Source: a bacterium
GTDB taxonomy: Bacteria; UBA8248; JACPRG01; G963555815
DNA length: 64,000 nt
Assembly: GCA_965261595.1 (NCBI GenBank)
Contig: CBDHDG010000007.1
Coordinates: forward strand, 1,184,001-1,248,000
Direction: 5' to 3'
Shown piece after piece: positions 31,536-41,931 of the stretch. Each line of letters opens with the position of its first letter. Positions within the stretch are counted from its first letter, which is position 1. The notes under the pieces were generated by a model. That model ran no database searches and was not told where the DNA came from. It saw only the letters and a program-made list of their open reading frames with translations. Both the position numbers and the translations under genes were made by a program.

Positions 31536-32411
31536 ATGGACTTGGTAAAGATTTTCAGACGCTTCCCAGACCACGAATCCTGCATCGAGCATCTTGAGAA
31601 GGTCCGCTTTGGCGATGAGCCATATTGCCCGAATTGCGGAGGGATGCAGGTTGCACGGAAGGCGGACGGACATCGCATAGGCCGGTGGAATTGCCATGAC
31701 TGCAAGTCCTCGTTCAATGTTCTCTCAAAGACCATCTTTCAAAAGACGAAAATCGACCTGCAGATATGGTTTCTGGCCATTGGTTTACTCCTGAATGCCA
31801 AGAAAAGCGTATCTTCGCATCAACTAGGGCGCGATTTAGGAATCAACCATAAGACGGCTTGGTATCTGGCGATGAGAATCCGAAAGGCTATGACCCTTGA
31901 TGGCGGCTTATTGCAGGGAATCATAGAGGCGGATGAGTGTTATATCGGCGGGAAGCCTCGCAAGGGCAACAAGCGCGATGATGACAAGCCGGGCAAGCGC
32001 GGACGCGGAACGGACAAAATGCCCGTCATCGGCGCGGTGGAACGCGGGGCTTCTGTGGTGGCGAAGGTCGCCAATAATGTATCCGGAAAGGGTATCCTCA
32101 AATTCATACAGAAGGCGGTTGACCCTGCGGGTTCCCTGCTCATCACGGATGAGTATCCCGCCTACAACCGAGCCAGAAAAATCATACCTCATGCGGTCAT
32201 CAACCACCAAGTCCAGTATGTCGAAGGCTACAAGCATACGAACACGATTGAGGGTTTCTGGAGCCTTCTGAAGCGGGCATGGTACGGCTCTCATCACAAA
32301 TACACCCTCAAGCACGCTGACGCCTATATTCAGGAGGCTTGCTTCAAATATAACACGCGCAAGCAACCCGACTTGTTCTCTGCATTCATCAAGCGGGCGG
32401 CCTTGGCATGA
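31536..32411 (+). CDS. IS1595-family transposase
   Basis: Zn ribbon CPNCG..CHDC, HTH, IEADECYIGG, ITDEY, HTNTIEGFWSLLKR. Confidence 0.93.
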   Translation: MDLVKIFRRFPDHESCIEHLEKVRFGDEPYCPNCGGMQVARKADGHRIGRWNCHDCKSSFNVLSKTIFQKTKIDLQIWFLAIGLLLNAKKSVSSHQLGRDLGINHKTAWYLAMRIRKAMTLDGGLLQGIIEADECYIGGKPRKGNKRDDDKPGKRGRGTDKMPVIGAVERGASVVAKVANNVSGKGILKFIQKAVDPAGSLLITDEYPAYNRARKIIPHAVINHQVQYVEGYKHTNTIEGFWSLLKRAWYGSHHKYTLKHADAYIQEACFKYNTRKQPDLFSAFIKRAALA

Positions 32412-33871
32412 ATCGCCTGTATTATGGCGACTGCCTGACCATCATGCAGGAAATGCGCGCCGGAAGCGTAGACCTCATTTATCTCGACCCACCCTTCAAC
32501 TCGAACCGCGAATACAACGCCATTTACAAGGATGAGACTGGACGGCCCTTGCCCGATCAAATAGAGGCGTTCTGCGACCTCTGGACACTTGATGAAGAGC
32601 GACAGCGTGTCATTAGACATATGCCCGTTATGTTGCGCGAGGCAGGCCTTGACGATGAGACGACTCAATTCTGGAAACTATGGATGAACGCCTTGAGAAA
32701 CACACAACCGCGCCTTCTCGCCTACCTCTCCTATATGGTTGAGCGATTACTACAGATGAAGTCTATTCTCAAGCCCACGGGGAGCGTTTATCTCCATTGC
32801 GACCCCACGGCCAGCCACTACATCAAGATCATGATGGATAGTATTTTCGGGCATCGGAATTTCAGGAATGAGATTATCTGGTCATACAAGCGATGGCCCT
32901 CTAAGAGTTCCCGATTTCAGACCATGCACGACGTGATTCTGTTTTACGGAAAAGGAAAAACAAACACGTTTCATGTCGCCTATGAACCTGCCAGTGAGAG
33001 TTACCTGAAGCGGTTCAAGGGGAAAACGCAGTATCTCGATCCGGAAACGAAAACGCGAAAAATCCCCGTGGACGAACCCACGAAGGGCATGCCGCTTCGT
33101 GATGTCTGGGACATTTCGATTCTGGCCGGATCATCAAAAGAACGCCTCGGCTACAGAACCCAGAAGCCTCTCGCTCTCCTTGAGCGCATCATCAAGGCTT
33201 CCTCGAATGAAGGCGACGTGGTTCTAGACCCATTCTGTGGATGCGCCACAACGATGGAGGCGGCCCATAGCCTCGGCCGTAAGTGGATCGGAATCGATAT
33301 CGCCATTCACGCCATCAAGCGCGTGGCGCGGATGCGCCTACAGCATCGCCTGGGCTTGGTAGAGGGCGAGGACTTCACCATCGACGGCGTGCCTCGCAAC
33401 GTGGAAGGCGCGAAAGACCTTTGGGAGCGAGACAAATACCACTTTCAAAAATGGGCCGTCGAGGAGGTGGAGGGCTTCGTTACGACCAAGCGGACGGCGG
33501 ACGGTGGAATCGACGGGCGCCTTTACTTCCCGCTTCCCGATAAGCCCGACCTGCAAAGCATGGCCCTTGAGGTGAAGGGCGGAAAGAACGTCAACATAAG
33601 TGATGTTCGCGCCCTCAAGGGTGTATTGGATAATGACGATGCGCTTATGGCGGGTATCATAACCATGGAGCCTTTAGGCGCGGTGAAAGAACGGAATTTT
33701 AGACGTGATATGGCGCAGGCTGGAGATCTCATCGTGAATCGAATGGAGTATCCCCGAATGCAGATGTTGAGCGTTTCGGACATATTCGATGGGAAGCGAT
33801 TTCATACGCCGGGCGTTGTTGGCAAAGGGCAAGGTTCACAAATAGCTCTGCCCGGAACCGTGAAGCGTTAG
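32408..33871 (+). CDS. Beta-class N6/N4 DNA methyltransferase with a C-terminal PD-(D/E)XK (Mrr-like) domain
   Basis: IYLDPPF precedes VLDPFCGCATT; C-terminal ADGGIDG...LEVKGG. Confidence 0.88.
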   Translation: MNRLYYGDCLTIMQEMRAGSVDLIYLDPPFNSNREYNAIYKDETGRPLPDQIEAFCDLWTLDEERQRVIRHMPVMLREAGLDDETTQFWKLWMNALRNTQPRLLAYLSYMVERLLQMKSILKPTGSVYLHCDPTASHYIKIMMDSIFGHRNFRNEIIWSYKRWPSKSSRFQTMHDVILFYGKGKTNTFHVAYEPASESYLKRFKGKTQYLDPETKTRKIPVDEPTKGMPLRDVWDISILAGSSKERLGYRTQKPLALLERIIKASSNEGDVVLDPFCGCATTMEAAHSLGRKWIGIDIAIHAIKRVARMRLQHRLGLVEGEDFTIDGVPRNVEGAKDLWERDKYHFQKWAVEEVEGFVTTKRTADGGIDGRLYFPLPDKPDLQSMALEVKGGKNVNISDVRALKGVLDNDDALMAGIITMEPLGAVKERNFRRDMAQAGDLIVNRMEYPRMQMLSVSDIFDGKRFHTPGVVGKGQGSQIALPGTVKR

Positions 33872-34028
33872 ATTGGGAAGTGTAGCCCATAACTACGCAG
33901 TGCGAAGAATAATCTCCCACAGTCCTGAGATTTCCGGAAGAGCCGAACCGCGCGCCATCACGGATCAAGCGGACGCGCGTGTCTTCTTGGTGAGCGGACG
34001 GGGGTGGGGAAGGAGGGAAAGGGGACTG

Positions 34029-34352
34029 TCAGTCGGGGGGCGGCTCCCCGAGATGCCGTTTCGCCTCCTTGTACTCCCGGCGGATCGTCGCCATGAGGTC
34101 CTGAGCGAAATCCTCGGGGATCTCCCGGGAGGGGGCCTGTCGGCAGAGGTCTTTCGTCTTCTCCAGGGAGCGGAACAGGTTCCGGCACGGGGGGCAATCC
34201 TCCATGTGCCGCCCCATCTTCGCCATCAGCTCGGGGTCCAACTCCTCATCCATGAACTCCGAGAGCACGGGAAAGGCGTCGCCGCACTTGACCCACCAGC
34301 GGCGCCGTCTCGACGGAACGATCATATCCAGTAAATGCCTCATGAAGCTCAC
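34029..34352 (-). CDS. Zn-finger (zf-HC2) anti-sigma factor
   Basis: C...HxxxCxxC motif (HMEDCPPC); downstream of an ECF sigma gene. Confidence 0.85.
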   Translation of the reverse strand: MSFMRHLLDMIVPSRRRRWWVKCGDAFPVLSEFMDEELDPELMAKMGRHMEDCPPCRNLFRSLEKTKDLCRQAPSREIPEDFAQDLMATIRREYKEAKRHLGEPPPD

Positions 34353-34406
34353 GGCGCGGACCTCGCTTTCTCCCCCGCGGATTCTATCATCCCTGTCCTC
34401 TTCAAT

Positions 34407-35006
34407 TTATGAGGACGTGAGTTTTTCAAGCTCCTCGCGGACAAACAGCCGCGCCCGGTGGAGCCGGGATTTTACGGCGGCGACGGACAGGCCGAGCATC
34501 TCCCCGGTCTCGTTCGCCGAGTGGCCCTCCAAGTCCCGAAGCGCCAAAACCGTCCTGTACTCCTCGGGCAGCTTGGCGATCGCGGCCTCCAGCAGCGTAC
34601 GGCCTTCCTTTTCCTCGAAAACCTCCTCGGGCCTCGGCGGCCGAACGCTGAAGCCCTCCAGCGTCGAAAGCTGAAACTGCTCCAACATCAGGTCGCCCAA
34701 GGGCGCGGTTTGGGGCCCCTTTCGCCTCTGGAGAAACGTGTTGACCGCGATCCGGTGCAGCCACGTCCCGACGGCGGAATCGCCCCGAAACGTTCCAAGA
34801 CTGCGAAACGCCTTGAGAAACGTGTCCTGGAGAACATCGCGCGTTTCGTCCTCGTCCCAGGACATCCGGTATATGACGTTGTAGAGTCGGTCCTGATAGT
34901 GGAGGACGAACTCCTCGAACGCCTCGACCTCGCCCTTCCGAAACCAGTCGAGGGCATCCCGCTCCCAGCCTGACTCCGTTTTCACCGCCGTCGTCTCAGA
35001 TCCCAT
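34407..35006 (-). CDS. ECF sigma-70 factor
   Basis: DVLQDTFLKAF, TWLHRIAVN, LRDLEG, AVKSRLHRAR. Confidence 0.92.
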   Translation of the reverse strand: MGSETTAVKTESGWERDALDWFRKGEVEAFEEFVLHYQDRLYNVIYRMSWDEDETRDVLQDTFLKAFRSLGTFRGDSAVGTWLHRIAVNTFLQRRKGPQTAPLGDLMLEQFQLSTLEGFSVRPPRPEEVFEEKEGRTLLEAAIAKLPEEYRTVLALRDLEGHSANETGEMLGLSVAAVKSRLHRARLFVREELEKLTSS

Positions 35007-35235
35007 GCCGTCATTCTACCCCAACACAGCATCCGAGGGTGCCGGGAAGCTACCACAACGGATTAGAGCACTCTTTATGAAAAAAGGATTCATCCGCTGT
35101 GAAAAGAAATTGCGGGATCTGAGGGAGGGGGATGGGCAACACTGTTGTCGGGGTTGGCCAGATGAAAATTAGATCTGTCCCATTTTCGCTTTCATTTTTG
35201 CTTTTTGTATTGAGGGCCGGTACGGAGCCCGGCCC

Positions 35236-36770
35236 CTACATCGGCTTATCGGCTTCCGGGCGTTTCCCCTCTTTCTCGCGCCTCTTCCCATCGGCCCGCT
35301 CCACGGCTTCGCGCAAATCCCTTATCGCCGGGTCCTCGGGGGTGATCCGCCGGGACTTTTCCATATACGCCAGCGCGCGGTGAAGGTCGCCCGCCCTCAG
35401 CCTGGCACGGGCCCAGCCCAGATACATCCCGGCGATCTTCCCCAGTCGCTTCGTGACCTCGGGGTGGCTCGGCCGCAGGACGCCCGCCGCCATGATGAGC
35501 CGGTAGGCGTTCCCTCCCTTCGGCGTGGTCAAGCGCTTGAGGGCGATGAGGGCGTCCGCCTTGGCCAGGAGGGCGCTGAACTTGTCGGCGGGAAGCGATG
35601 CGGGGGCCGGAGGTCTTACGGGAGAACCGGGCCGCCCGCCGGGCGGCGCCCGTCCGGGGGCGAGGCGGGCTGTCACGCCCGCCAGGGCCAGCCGGTACGG
35701 GCCGGGCATCAGCCGTCCGTCCGCAAGCTGCCGGACGAGGGGCAGGAGGAGCGCGCCGCGCTTTCCTCCGATCTCGCCGTCCAGGATCCCGACAGCCTCC
35801 TCGAACTCGACGCCGGTGATCCGCTTGTCCCGGAGGAGCCGCGTCAGCGCGTCGCGGCGGGCATTCTCCCGCGCGAGGGCGGCCGGGTTCAGGCTGATGA
35901 GGAAGCCCGCCGAGAACGAGCCGATGATCCGGGGCTCCTGCGTGTTGTTCCGCCGCCGGGCCTCGTCGGTGACCTTCCGGCGAACATGCGCCCAAACCTC
36001 CTCGATCTCCACGGCGCCGTCGCCGTTCCGGTCGGCCTTTCCCCTCAGGGCTTCCAGCAGGAAATACGTGAAGATCCCGTGGCCGAGCTCCTCCGATTCC
36101 AGGGAGAGCTGCTTGCCGTCGCTGGCCGTGATGGTCACCCTCCCGGTCCCCTGATAGTTCGTGAAAAAATCCTGGTCGAACAGGGCCTTGGGAGCGTCCC
36201 GCTTCTCGACGATGGCGGCCGAGTAACACGAATCCAGGAAAGAGGCCAGCCGCTTCGCCTTGATCCGTTGGAGGCGGCCGGTGATGTAGTTGTTCTCCAC
36301 CGCCGTGGAGGCGATGTCGTCGATGTCGGCGTCGTAACTGACCCAGAACGTCTCGTCACCCTCGGGCGCGCCGTGGCCGGAGTAGTAGACGACGACGGTG
36401 TCGTCCTCTCCCGCTTCGCGGACGAGCCAGTTGAGCCCCTTGCGGATGTTGACGAGCGTCGCACGCTCATCCAGAAGGAGCCGCACGTTCCCTTTCGGGA
36501 ACCGGCCGTGACGGGGGTCGGTCAGGACGTCATACATCGCCCGGGCGTCGGCGACGGTGTACCGAAGGGGAGGAATGCGCCCATCCCGATACCGGCCGAT
36601 CCCGATGATGAGGGCGTACCGCTTGCCCTCGGCCAGTTTGGATTGGATCCGGGGCGTGACGGAGATCGACTTCGTGGCCGCGAGCGAGTCTCCCCGCCCG
36701 CCCGGCGCGAGAAAAACAGGAGCCAGTGTAAAGGAAGAGGACTGCAACGAGGAATGATTGCCGGGGCAAG
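35236..36770 (-). CDS. Caspase-like (peptidase C14) protein with an intact His-Cys dyad and helical C-terminus; signal peptide apparently out of frame near 36730
   Basis: YYSGHG and FLDSCYS; close paralog of the N-terminal half of 1619-3799. Removing one T at cc-ttt-ac joins LPRQSFLVAVLFL to TLAPVFLA..., giving a signal peptide. Confidence 0.85.
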
Positions 36771-36984
36771 GCCTGCTCCTCCGGGAGGGAGAGAGGGGGG
36801 GGTCCCGGGCTCGGCGGAGAGTATGCCTTACAGGACGGCTCGGGAGCCTTTTTTATCGAGGGGATTATAAAAGATCCCCCCGTTAAAGAGAAACCGGCGC
36901 CAGGGATAGGGGGGGGGAGGCGGAAAGCCGGACGGATCCGGGCGGTATCCGCGCGCACCCGAAGAGAAAACCCCCTCCGGAACC

Positions 36985-38061
36985 CTACGGATGGATAATC
37001 ACCCGAATGGCGCCGTCGATGCGCTCTACCGCCGTCTCCAAACCCGTGGCGAACTCCGTCAGGGGGAAGGTGTGCGTGATGAGCGACTTCAGGTCGATCT
37101 TCCCCTTCACGATGAGCGCAATCGCCTCGGGGCAGGTGTTGGGATTGGCGCGCAGGCCGTACACGTCGATCTCATTCAGCGTGATCTCCCCGAGCGGAAG
37201 CGGGACGTCGCCGAGCATCACGCCCGCATAACAGATCCTCCCGCCCTTCATCACGACGCCGACGGCCTGTTTGCAGGATTCGGGCTTCCCGGCCGTCTCG
37301 ATGACCGCCTCCGCGCCGATGCCGCCCGTCATCTCCCGGATCGTCTCGACCGGGTCCACCGCCTCGAAGTCCACGGTCTCCGCGCCGAGCTCGGCAGCCT
37401 TTTTCAATCTCTCGCCCCGGCCAACAACGATGACCCGGCCCGCGCCCATGGCGGCGGCGCATTGAAGGGAAAGCAGGCCGATCCCCCCCGGGCCGAAGAC
37501 GACGACCGTGTCCCCCGGGCCGACTTTGGCCCGCTTGGCGGAGTGCAGCGCGATGCCGGCGGGGTCCACCAGGCTCGCCTCGTCGTAGGAGAGCGAATCG
37601 GGTATCGGGTAAACGCTCTTGACCGAGATCGAAAAATACTCCGAATACGCGCCGGCCGAGCAGTGGCCGTACTGCTTGTGGCCCCGGTCCTCGTTGCCGT
37701 AATTCAGGCATAGGGTGTACCGGCCAAGGCCGCAGTTCCGGCAGTACCCGCAGCCCTTGTGGGAAGCGGCGCAGATGCGGTCGCCCGGCTGGAAGTCGAA
37801 CACCCCCTCGCCCTGCGCGATGACCTCGCCCGCCCACTCGTGCCCGATGGTGATGGGATAGTAAGGGGGCCAGCCCCAGGCGTCTCAGAACACGCCGGCT
37901 ATCAGCTTGGAGTCCGTCCCGGTGTCGATGGCGATGGAGTGCACCCGGCAGAGGATTTCCATGGGGCCGGGCTCGGGGACGGGGACCTTGCGGAGCTCGA
38001 ACGCCCCGGGGCCGGTGAGAACGAGGGCGTCCATCTCGGAAGGCAGGGTTGCGGTCGGCAT
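36985..38061 (-). pseudogene. Zn-dependent alcohol dehydrogenase (MDR) with an in-frame TGA at 37885-37887
   Basis: Single frame: MPTATL...KLIAGVF*DAWGWPPYYPITIGHEWAG...CGYCRNC...C...GPGGIG. Confidence 0.85.
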
Positions 38062-38145
38062 GAGAACCTCCTGGATTTGGCGGAAAACAAAAAGCGCCGG
38101 GCGCCTCAATCGGCGCGGCCGATTCCGTGCGAGAACGGGTTCACC

Positions 38146-38460
38146 TCAATATCCGCGGGCCAGATAGTAGACGGCCACCGACAGGCCCAGTATGCCCAGA
38201 CCCGCCGAAACCGCCGCGGGCATGGAGGCGACCTCGGGCCAGACGCGCCACGCCAGCGCGGCCAGCATCGCCCCGACCAGATAGACCCACAGGGTGAGCA
38301 GGATCCGAAACAGGGCCCGCAGGACGCCGGGAGGCGGGGGCAAGCCCACGGCGCCGTATCGGACGGCCAAGCGTCTGAACCCGAGATGGCCCGCCCAGGC
38401 CGACAGGCCCATGCCCCCCAAAGAGAGTCCCGCGAACCAAACGGTTAAATAGGGGTTCAA
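38146..38460 (-). CDS. Hypothetical membrane protein
   Basis: Three hydrophobic segments; co-oriented with its neighbours. Confidence 0.55.
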   Translation of the reverse strand: MNPYLTVWFAGLSLGGMGLSAWAGHLGFRRLAVRYGAVGLPPPPGVLRALFRILLTLWVYLVGAMLAALAWRVWPEVASMPAAVSAGLGILGLSVAVYYLARGY

Positions 38461-38488
38461 TCTTCGCTCCCGCTGGAGGGGGCGGCGC

Positions 38489-38959
38489 TCAAAACCGAAA
38501 CATCCCGGAAAGAATGATGATCACCGTCATGACCTCGTTGAAAAGACCGAACGGCTTTCGCCGCTCCACCAGGGCGCGGACCGCCTCGGGGACCGGCGGA
38601 CCGGAGACGAACGACAACTCCCGCCCCAGGAGCCGCATGATGAACAGCAGGTGCGCCGTGTTCAGGATCATCGCGAAAAAGGCCACATGCTTGACGGTGA
38701 GCCAGGTCGTCCCGAAAAACCCGTACCCGCTGAGAATGGACATCGCCAGGCCGCTCGACAGAAGCAGGACGAGCCCCCAGATGGCCATTACGAGGACGCG
38801 GAAGGGCATGCGGCTGTTGGCCAGCTCCTCGGCCCCGTCGCCGGCCTCCCGGGCGGCCTGAATCCGGCCGCTCAACAGGTAGGTCACGGCGTGAAAGCCG
38901 ATGTAAAGCCCCAGGCCAATCAAGTGGAAGAAGAGAAGGCCCTTTTGCACCCAGTACAT
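38489..38959 (-). CDS. Hypothetical four-TM membrane protein
   Basis: ATG at 38959 with a GGAGG RBS; four hydrophobic helices containing His residues. Confidence 0.6.
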   Translation of the reverse strand: MYWVQKGLLFFHLIGLGLYIGFHAVTYLLSGRIQAAREAGDGAEELANSRMPFRVLVMAIWGLVLLLSSGLAMSILSGYGFFGTTWLTVKHVAFFAMILNTAHLLFIMRLLGRELSFVSGPPVPEAVRALVERRKPFGLFNEVMTVIIILSGMFRF

Positions 38960-38974
38960 GGGAGCGACCTCCAG

Positions 38975-39253
38975 GGGAAAGTCGCGGGGGGCGCTTTTTG
39001 AAAGGCGCCCCCCCGCACCCCCCAGCAAAACTTTCGTTTGGCGATGGATTGCCGCCCCTGAAGGGGCGGCAATCCATCGTGGAAGCAAATGGAATTTGAT
39101 CGATACAGTCCCTCTGGCCGCGCCAAGCAAACGAGCTTAAACCATCTCACCTCCAAGCGCGGGTAAGGCCAAGCCGAAGGCTCGACCGCAGAAAGTTCTA
39201 AGGGGGTTCTCAACCCCTGGGGAGCGTCTTTCAGGAAGCCCCCCAGGAAATTT
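38975..39253. repeat. Structured intergenic repeat, copy 2
   Basis: Homologous to 10070-10420 with compensatory changes in the hairpin stems. Confidence 0.75.
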
Positions 39254-39302
39254 ATCGTTTATTACTTTTCGCACTGCGTAGTTATGGGCTACACTTCCCA
39301 AT

Positions 39303-40766
39303 CTAACGCTTCACGGTTCCGGGCAGAGCTATTTGTGAACCTTGCCCTTTGCCAACAACGCCCGGCGTATGAAATCGCTTCCCATCGAATATGTCCGAAA
39401 CGCTCAACATCTGCATTCGGGGATACTCCATTCGATTCACGATGAGATCTCCAGCCTGCGCCATATCACGTCTAAAATTCCGTTCTTTCACCGCGCCTAA
39501 AGGCTCCATGGTTATGATACCCGCCATAAGCGCATCGTCATTATCCAATACACCCTTGAGGGCGCGAACATCACTTATGTTGACGTTCTTTCCGCCCTTC
39601 ACCTCAAGGGCCATGCTTTGCAGGTCGGGCTTATCGGGAAGCGGGAAGTAAAGGCGCCCGTCGATTCCACCGTCCGCCGTCCGCTTGGTCGTAACGAAGC
39701 CCTCCACCTCCTCGACGGCCCATTTTTGAAAGTGGTATTTGTCTCGCTCCCAAAGGTCTTTCGCGCCTTCCACGTTGCGAGGCACGCCGTCGATGGTGAA
39801 GTCCTCGCCCTCTACCAAGCCCAGGCGATGCTGTAGGCGCATCCGCGCCACGCGCTTGATGGCGTGAATGGCGATATCGATTCCGATCCACTTACGGCCG
39901 AGGCTATGGGCCGCCTCCATCGTTGTGGCGCATCCACAGAATGGGTCTAGAACCACGTCGCCTTCATTCGAGGAAGCCTTGATGATGCGCTCAAGGAGAG
40001 CGAGAGGCTTCTGGGTTCTGTAGCCGAGGCGTTCTTTTGATGATCCGGCCAGAATCGAAATGTCCCAGACATCACGAAGCGGCATGCCCTTCGTGGGTTC
40101 GTCCACGGGGATTTTTCGCGTTTTCGTTTCCGGATCGAGATACTGCGTTTTCCCCTTGAACCGCTTCAGGTAACTCTCACTGGCAGGTTCATAGGCGACA
40201 TGAAACGTGTTTGTTTTTCCTTTTCCGTAAAACAGAATCACGTCGTGCATGGTCTGAAATCGGGAACTCTTAGAGGGCCATCGCTTGTATGACCAGATAA
40301 TCTCATTCCTGAAATTCCGATGCCCGAAAATACTATCCATCATGATCTTGATGTAGTGGCTGGCCGTGGGGTCGCAATGGAGATAAACGCTCCCCGTGGG
40401 CTTGAGAATAGACTTCATCTGTAGTAATCGCTCAACCATATAGGAGAGGTAGGCGAGAAGGCGCGGTTGTGTGTTTCTCAAGGCGTTCATCCATAGTTTC
40501 CAGAATTGAGTCGTCTCATCGTCAAGGCCTGCCTCGCGCAACATAACGGGCATATGTCTAATGACACGCTGTCGCTCTTCATCAAGTGTCCAGAGGTCGC
40601 AGAACGCCTCTATTTGATCGGGCAAGGGCCGTCCAGTCTCATCCTTGTAAATGGCGTTGTATTCGCGGTTCGAGTTGAAGGGTGGGTCGAGATAAATGAG
40701 GTCTACGCTTCCGGCGCGCATTTCCTGCATGATGGTCAGGCAGTCGCCATAATACAGGCGATTCAT
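39303..40766 (-). CDS. DNA methyltransferase-endonuclease passenger (copy 2)
   Basis: Protein identical to 32408-33871. Confidence 0.88.
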   Translation of the reverse strand: MNRLYYGDCLTIMQEMRAGSVDLIYLDPPFNSNREYNAIYKDETGRPLPDQIEAFCDLWTLDEERQRVIRHMPVMLREAGLDDETTQFWKLWMNALRNTQPRLLAYLSYMVERLLQMKSILKPTGSVYLHCDPTASHYIKIMMDSIFGHRNFRNEIIWSYKRWPSKSSRFQTMHDVILFYGKGKTNTFHVAYEPASESYLKRFKGKTQYLDPETKTRKIPVDEPTKGMPLRDVWDISILAGSSKERLGYRTQKPLALLERIIKASSNEGDVVLDPFCGCATTMEAAHSLGRKWIGIDIAIHAIKRVARMRLQHRLGLVEGEDFTIDGVPRNVEGAKDLWERDKYHFQKWAVEEVEGFVTTKRTADGGIDGRLYFPLPDKPDLQSMALEVKGGKNVNISDVRALKGVLDNDDALMAGIITMEPLGAVKERNFRRDMAQAGDLIVNRMEYPRMQMLSVSDIFDGKRFHTPGVVGKGQGSQIALPGTVKR

Positions 40767-41638
40767 GCCAAGGCCGCCCGCTTGATGAATGCAGAGAACA
40801 AGTCGGGTTGCTTGCGCGTGTTATATTTGAAGCAAGCCTCCTGAATATAGGCGTCAGCGTGCTTGAGGGTGTATTTGTGATGAGAGCCGTACCATGCCCG
40901 CTTCAGAAGGCTCCAGAAACCCTCAATCGTGTTCGTATGCTTGTAGCCTTCGACATACTGGACTTGGTGGTTGATGACCGCATGAGGTATGATTTTTCTG
41001 GCTCGGTTGTAGGCGGGATACTCATCCGTGATGAGCAGGGAACCCGCAGGGTCAACCGCCTTCTGTATGAATTTGAGGATACCCTTTCCGGATACATTAT
41101 TGGCGACCTTCGCCACCACAGAAGCCCCGCGTTCCACCGCGCCGATGACGGGCATTTTGTCCGTTCCGCGTCCGCGCTTGCCCGGCTTGTCATCATCGCG
41201 CTTGTTGCCCTTGCGAGGCTTCCCGCCGATATAACACTCATCCGCCTCTATGATTCCCTGCAATAAGCCGCCATCAAGGGTCATAGCCTTTCGGATTCTC
41301 ATCGCCAGATACCAAGCCGTCTTATGGTTGATTCCTAAATCGCGCCCTAGTTGATGCGAAGATACGCTTTTCTTGGCATTCAGGAGTAAACCAATGGCCA
41401 GAAACCATATCTGCAGGTCGATTTTCGTCTTTTGAAAGATGGTCTTTGAGAGAACATTGAACGAGGACTTGCAGTCATGGCAATTCCACCGGCCTATGCG
41501 ATGTCCGTCCGCCTTCCGTGCAACCTGCATCCCTCCGCAATTCGGGCAATATGGCTCATCGCCAAAGCGGACCTTCTCAAGATGCTCGATGCAGGATTCG
41601 TGGTCTGGGAAGCGTCTGAAAATCTTTACCAAGTCCAT
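40763..41638 (-). CDS. IS1595-family transposase (copy 2)
   Basis: Protein identical to 31536-32411. Confidence 0.93.
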   Translation of the reverse strand: MDLVKIFRRFPDHESCIEHLEKVRFGDEPYCPNCGGMQVARKADGHRIGRWNCHDCKSSFNVLSKTIFQKTKIDLQIWFLAIGLLLNAKKSVSSHQLGRDLGINHKTAWYLAMRIRKAMTLDGGLLQGIIEADECYIGGKPRKGNKRDDDKPGKRGRGTDKMPVIGAVERGASVVAKVANNVSGKGILKFIQKAVDPAGSLLITDEYPAYNRARKIIPHAVINHQVQYVEGYKHTNTIEGFWSLLKRAWYGSHHKYTLKHADAYIQEACFKYNTRKQPDLFSAFIKRAALA

Positions 41639-41720
41639 TTTGTATCCCCCTTTGTGATCTGATACTTATAATATAGGGCATGGGGGATTATTCGTCAAGC
41701 CCAAAACTACGCAGCGCGAA

Positions 41721-41931
41721 AATTTATTTCACGAACGATCCGGCGCTTGCGGCGCTGGCACCGTACAGCACGCTCGCGCATTGGCGCTGCGAAGGGCGCG
41801 GGCCAGCATTCATCAAATTGGGGACCAGGGTCGCCTACTCGGGAAAAGTGTTAAACGCCTGGCTACGCGAGCGGACCGTTGAACCAAATGACCGCCCTCG
41901 CACAACCGGCCGGGACGGCGAATCCAAATGA
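41721..41931 (+). pseudogene. 5'-truncated excisionase-like winged-HTH protein
   Basis: YSTLAHWRCEGRGPAFIKLGTRVAYS...LNAWL; the start is replaced by the IS1595 end. Confidence 0.7.

Larger units (their letters stand above)
31454..33906 (+). mobile_element. IS1595-family transposon with an MTase passenger, copy 1 (2453 bp)
   Basis: Terminal IRs TTCGC(G/A)CTGCGTAGTT(T/A)TGGGCT; lower GC; inverted copy encoding identical proteins at 39268-41720. Confidence 0.92.
39268..41720 (-). mobile_element. IS1595-family transposon with an MTase passenger, copy 2
   Basis: Inverted copy of 31454-33906 with the same length and identical ORF translations. Confidence 0.92.
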
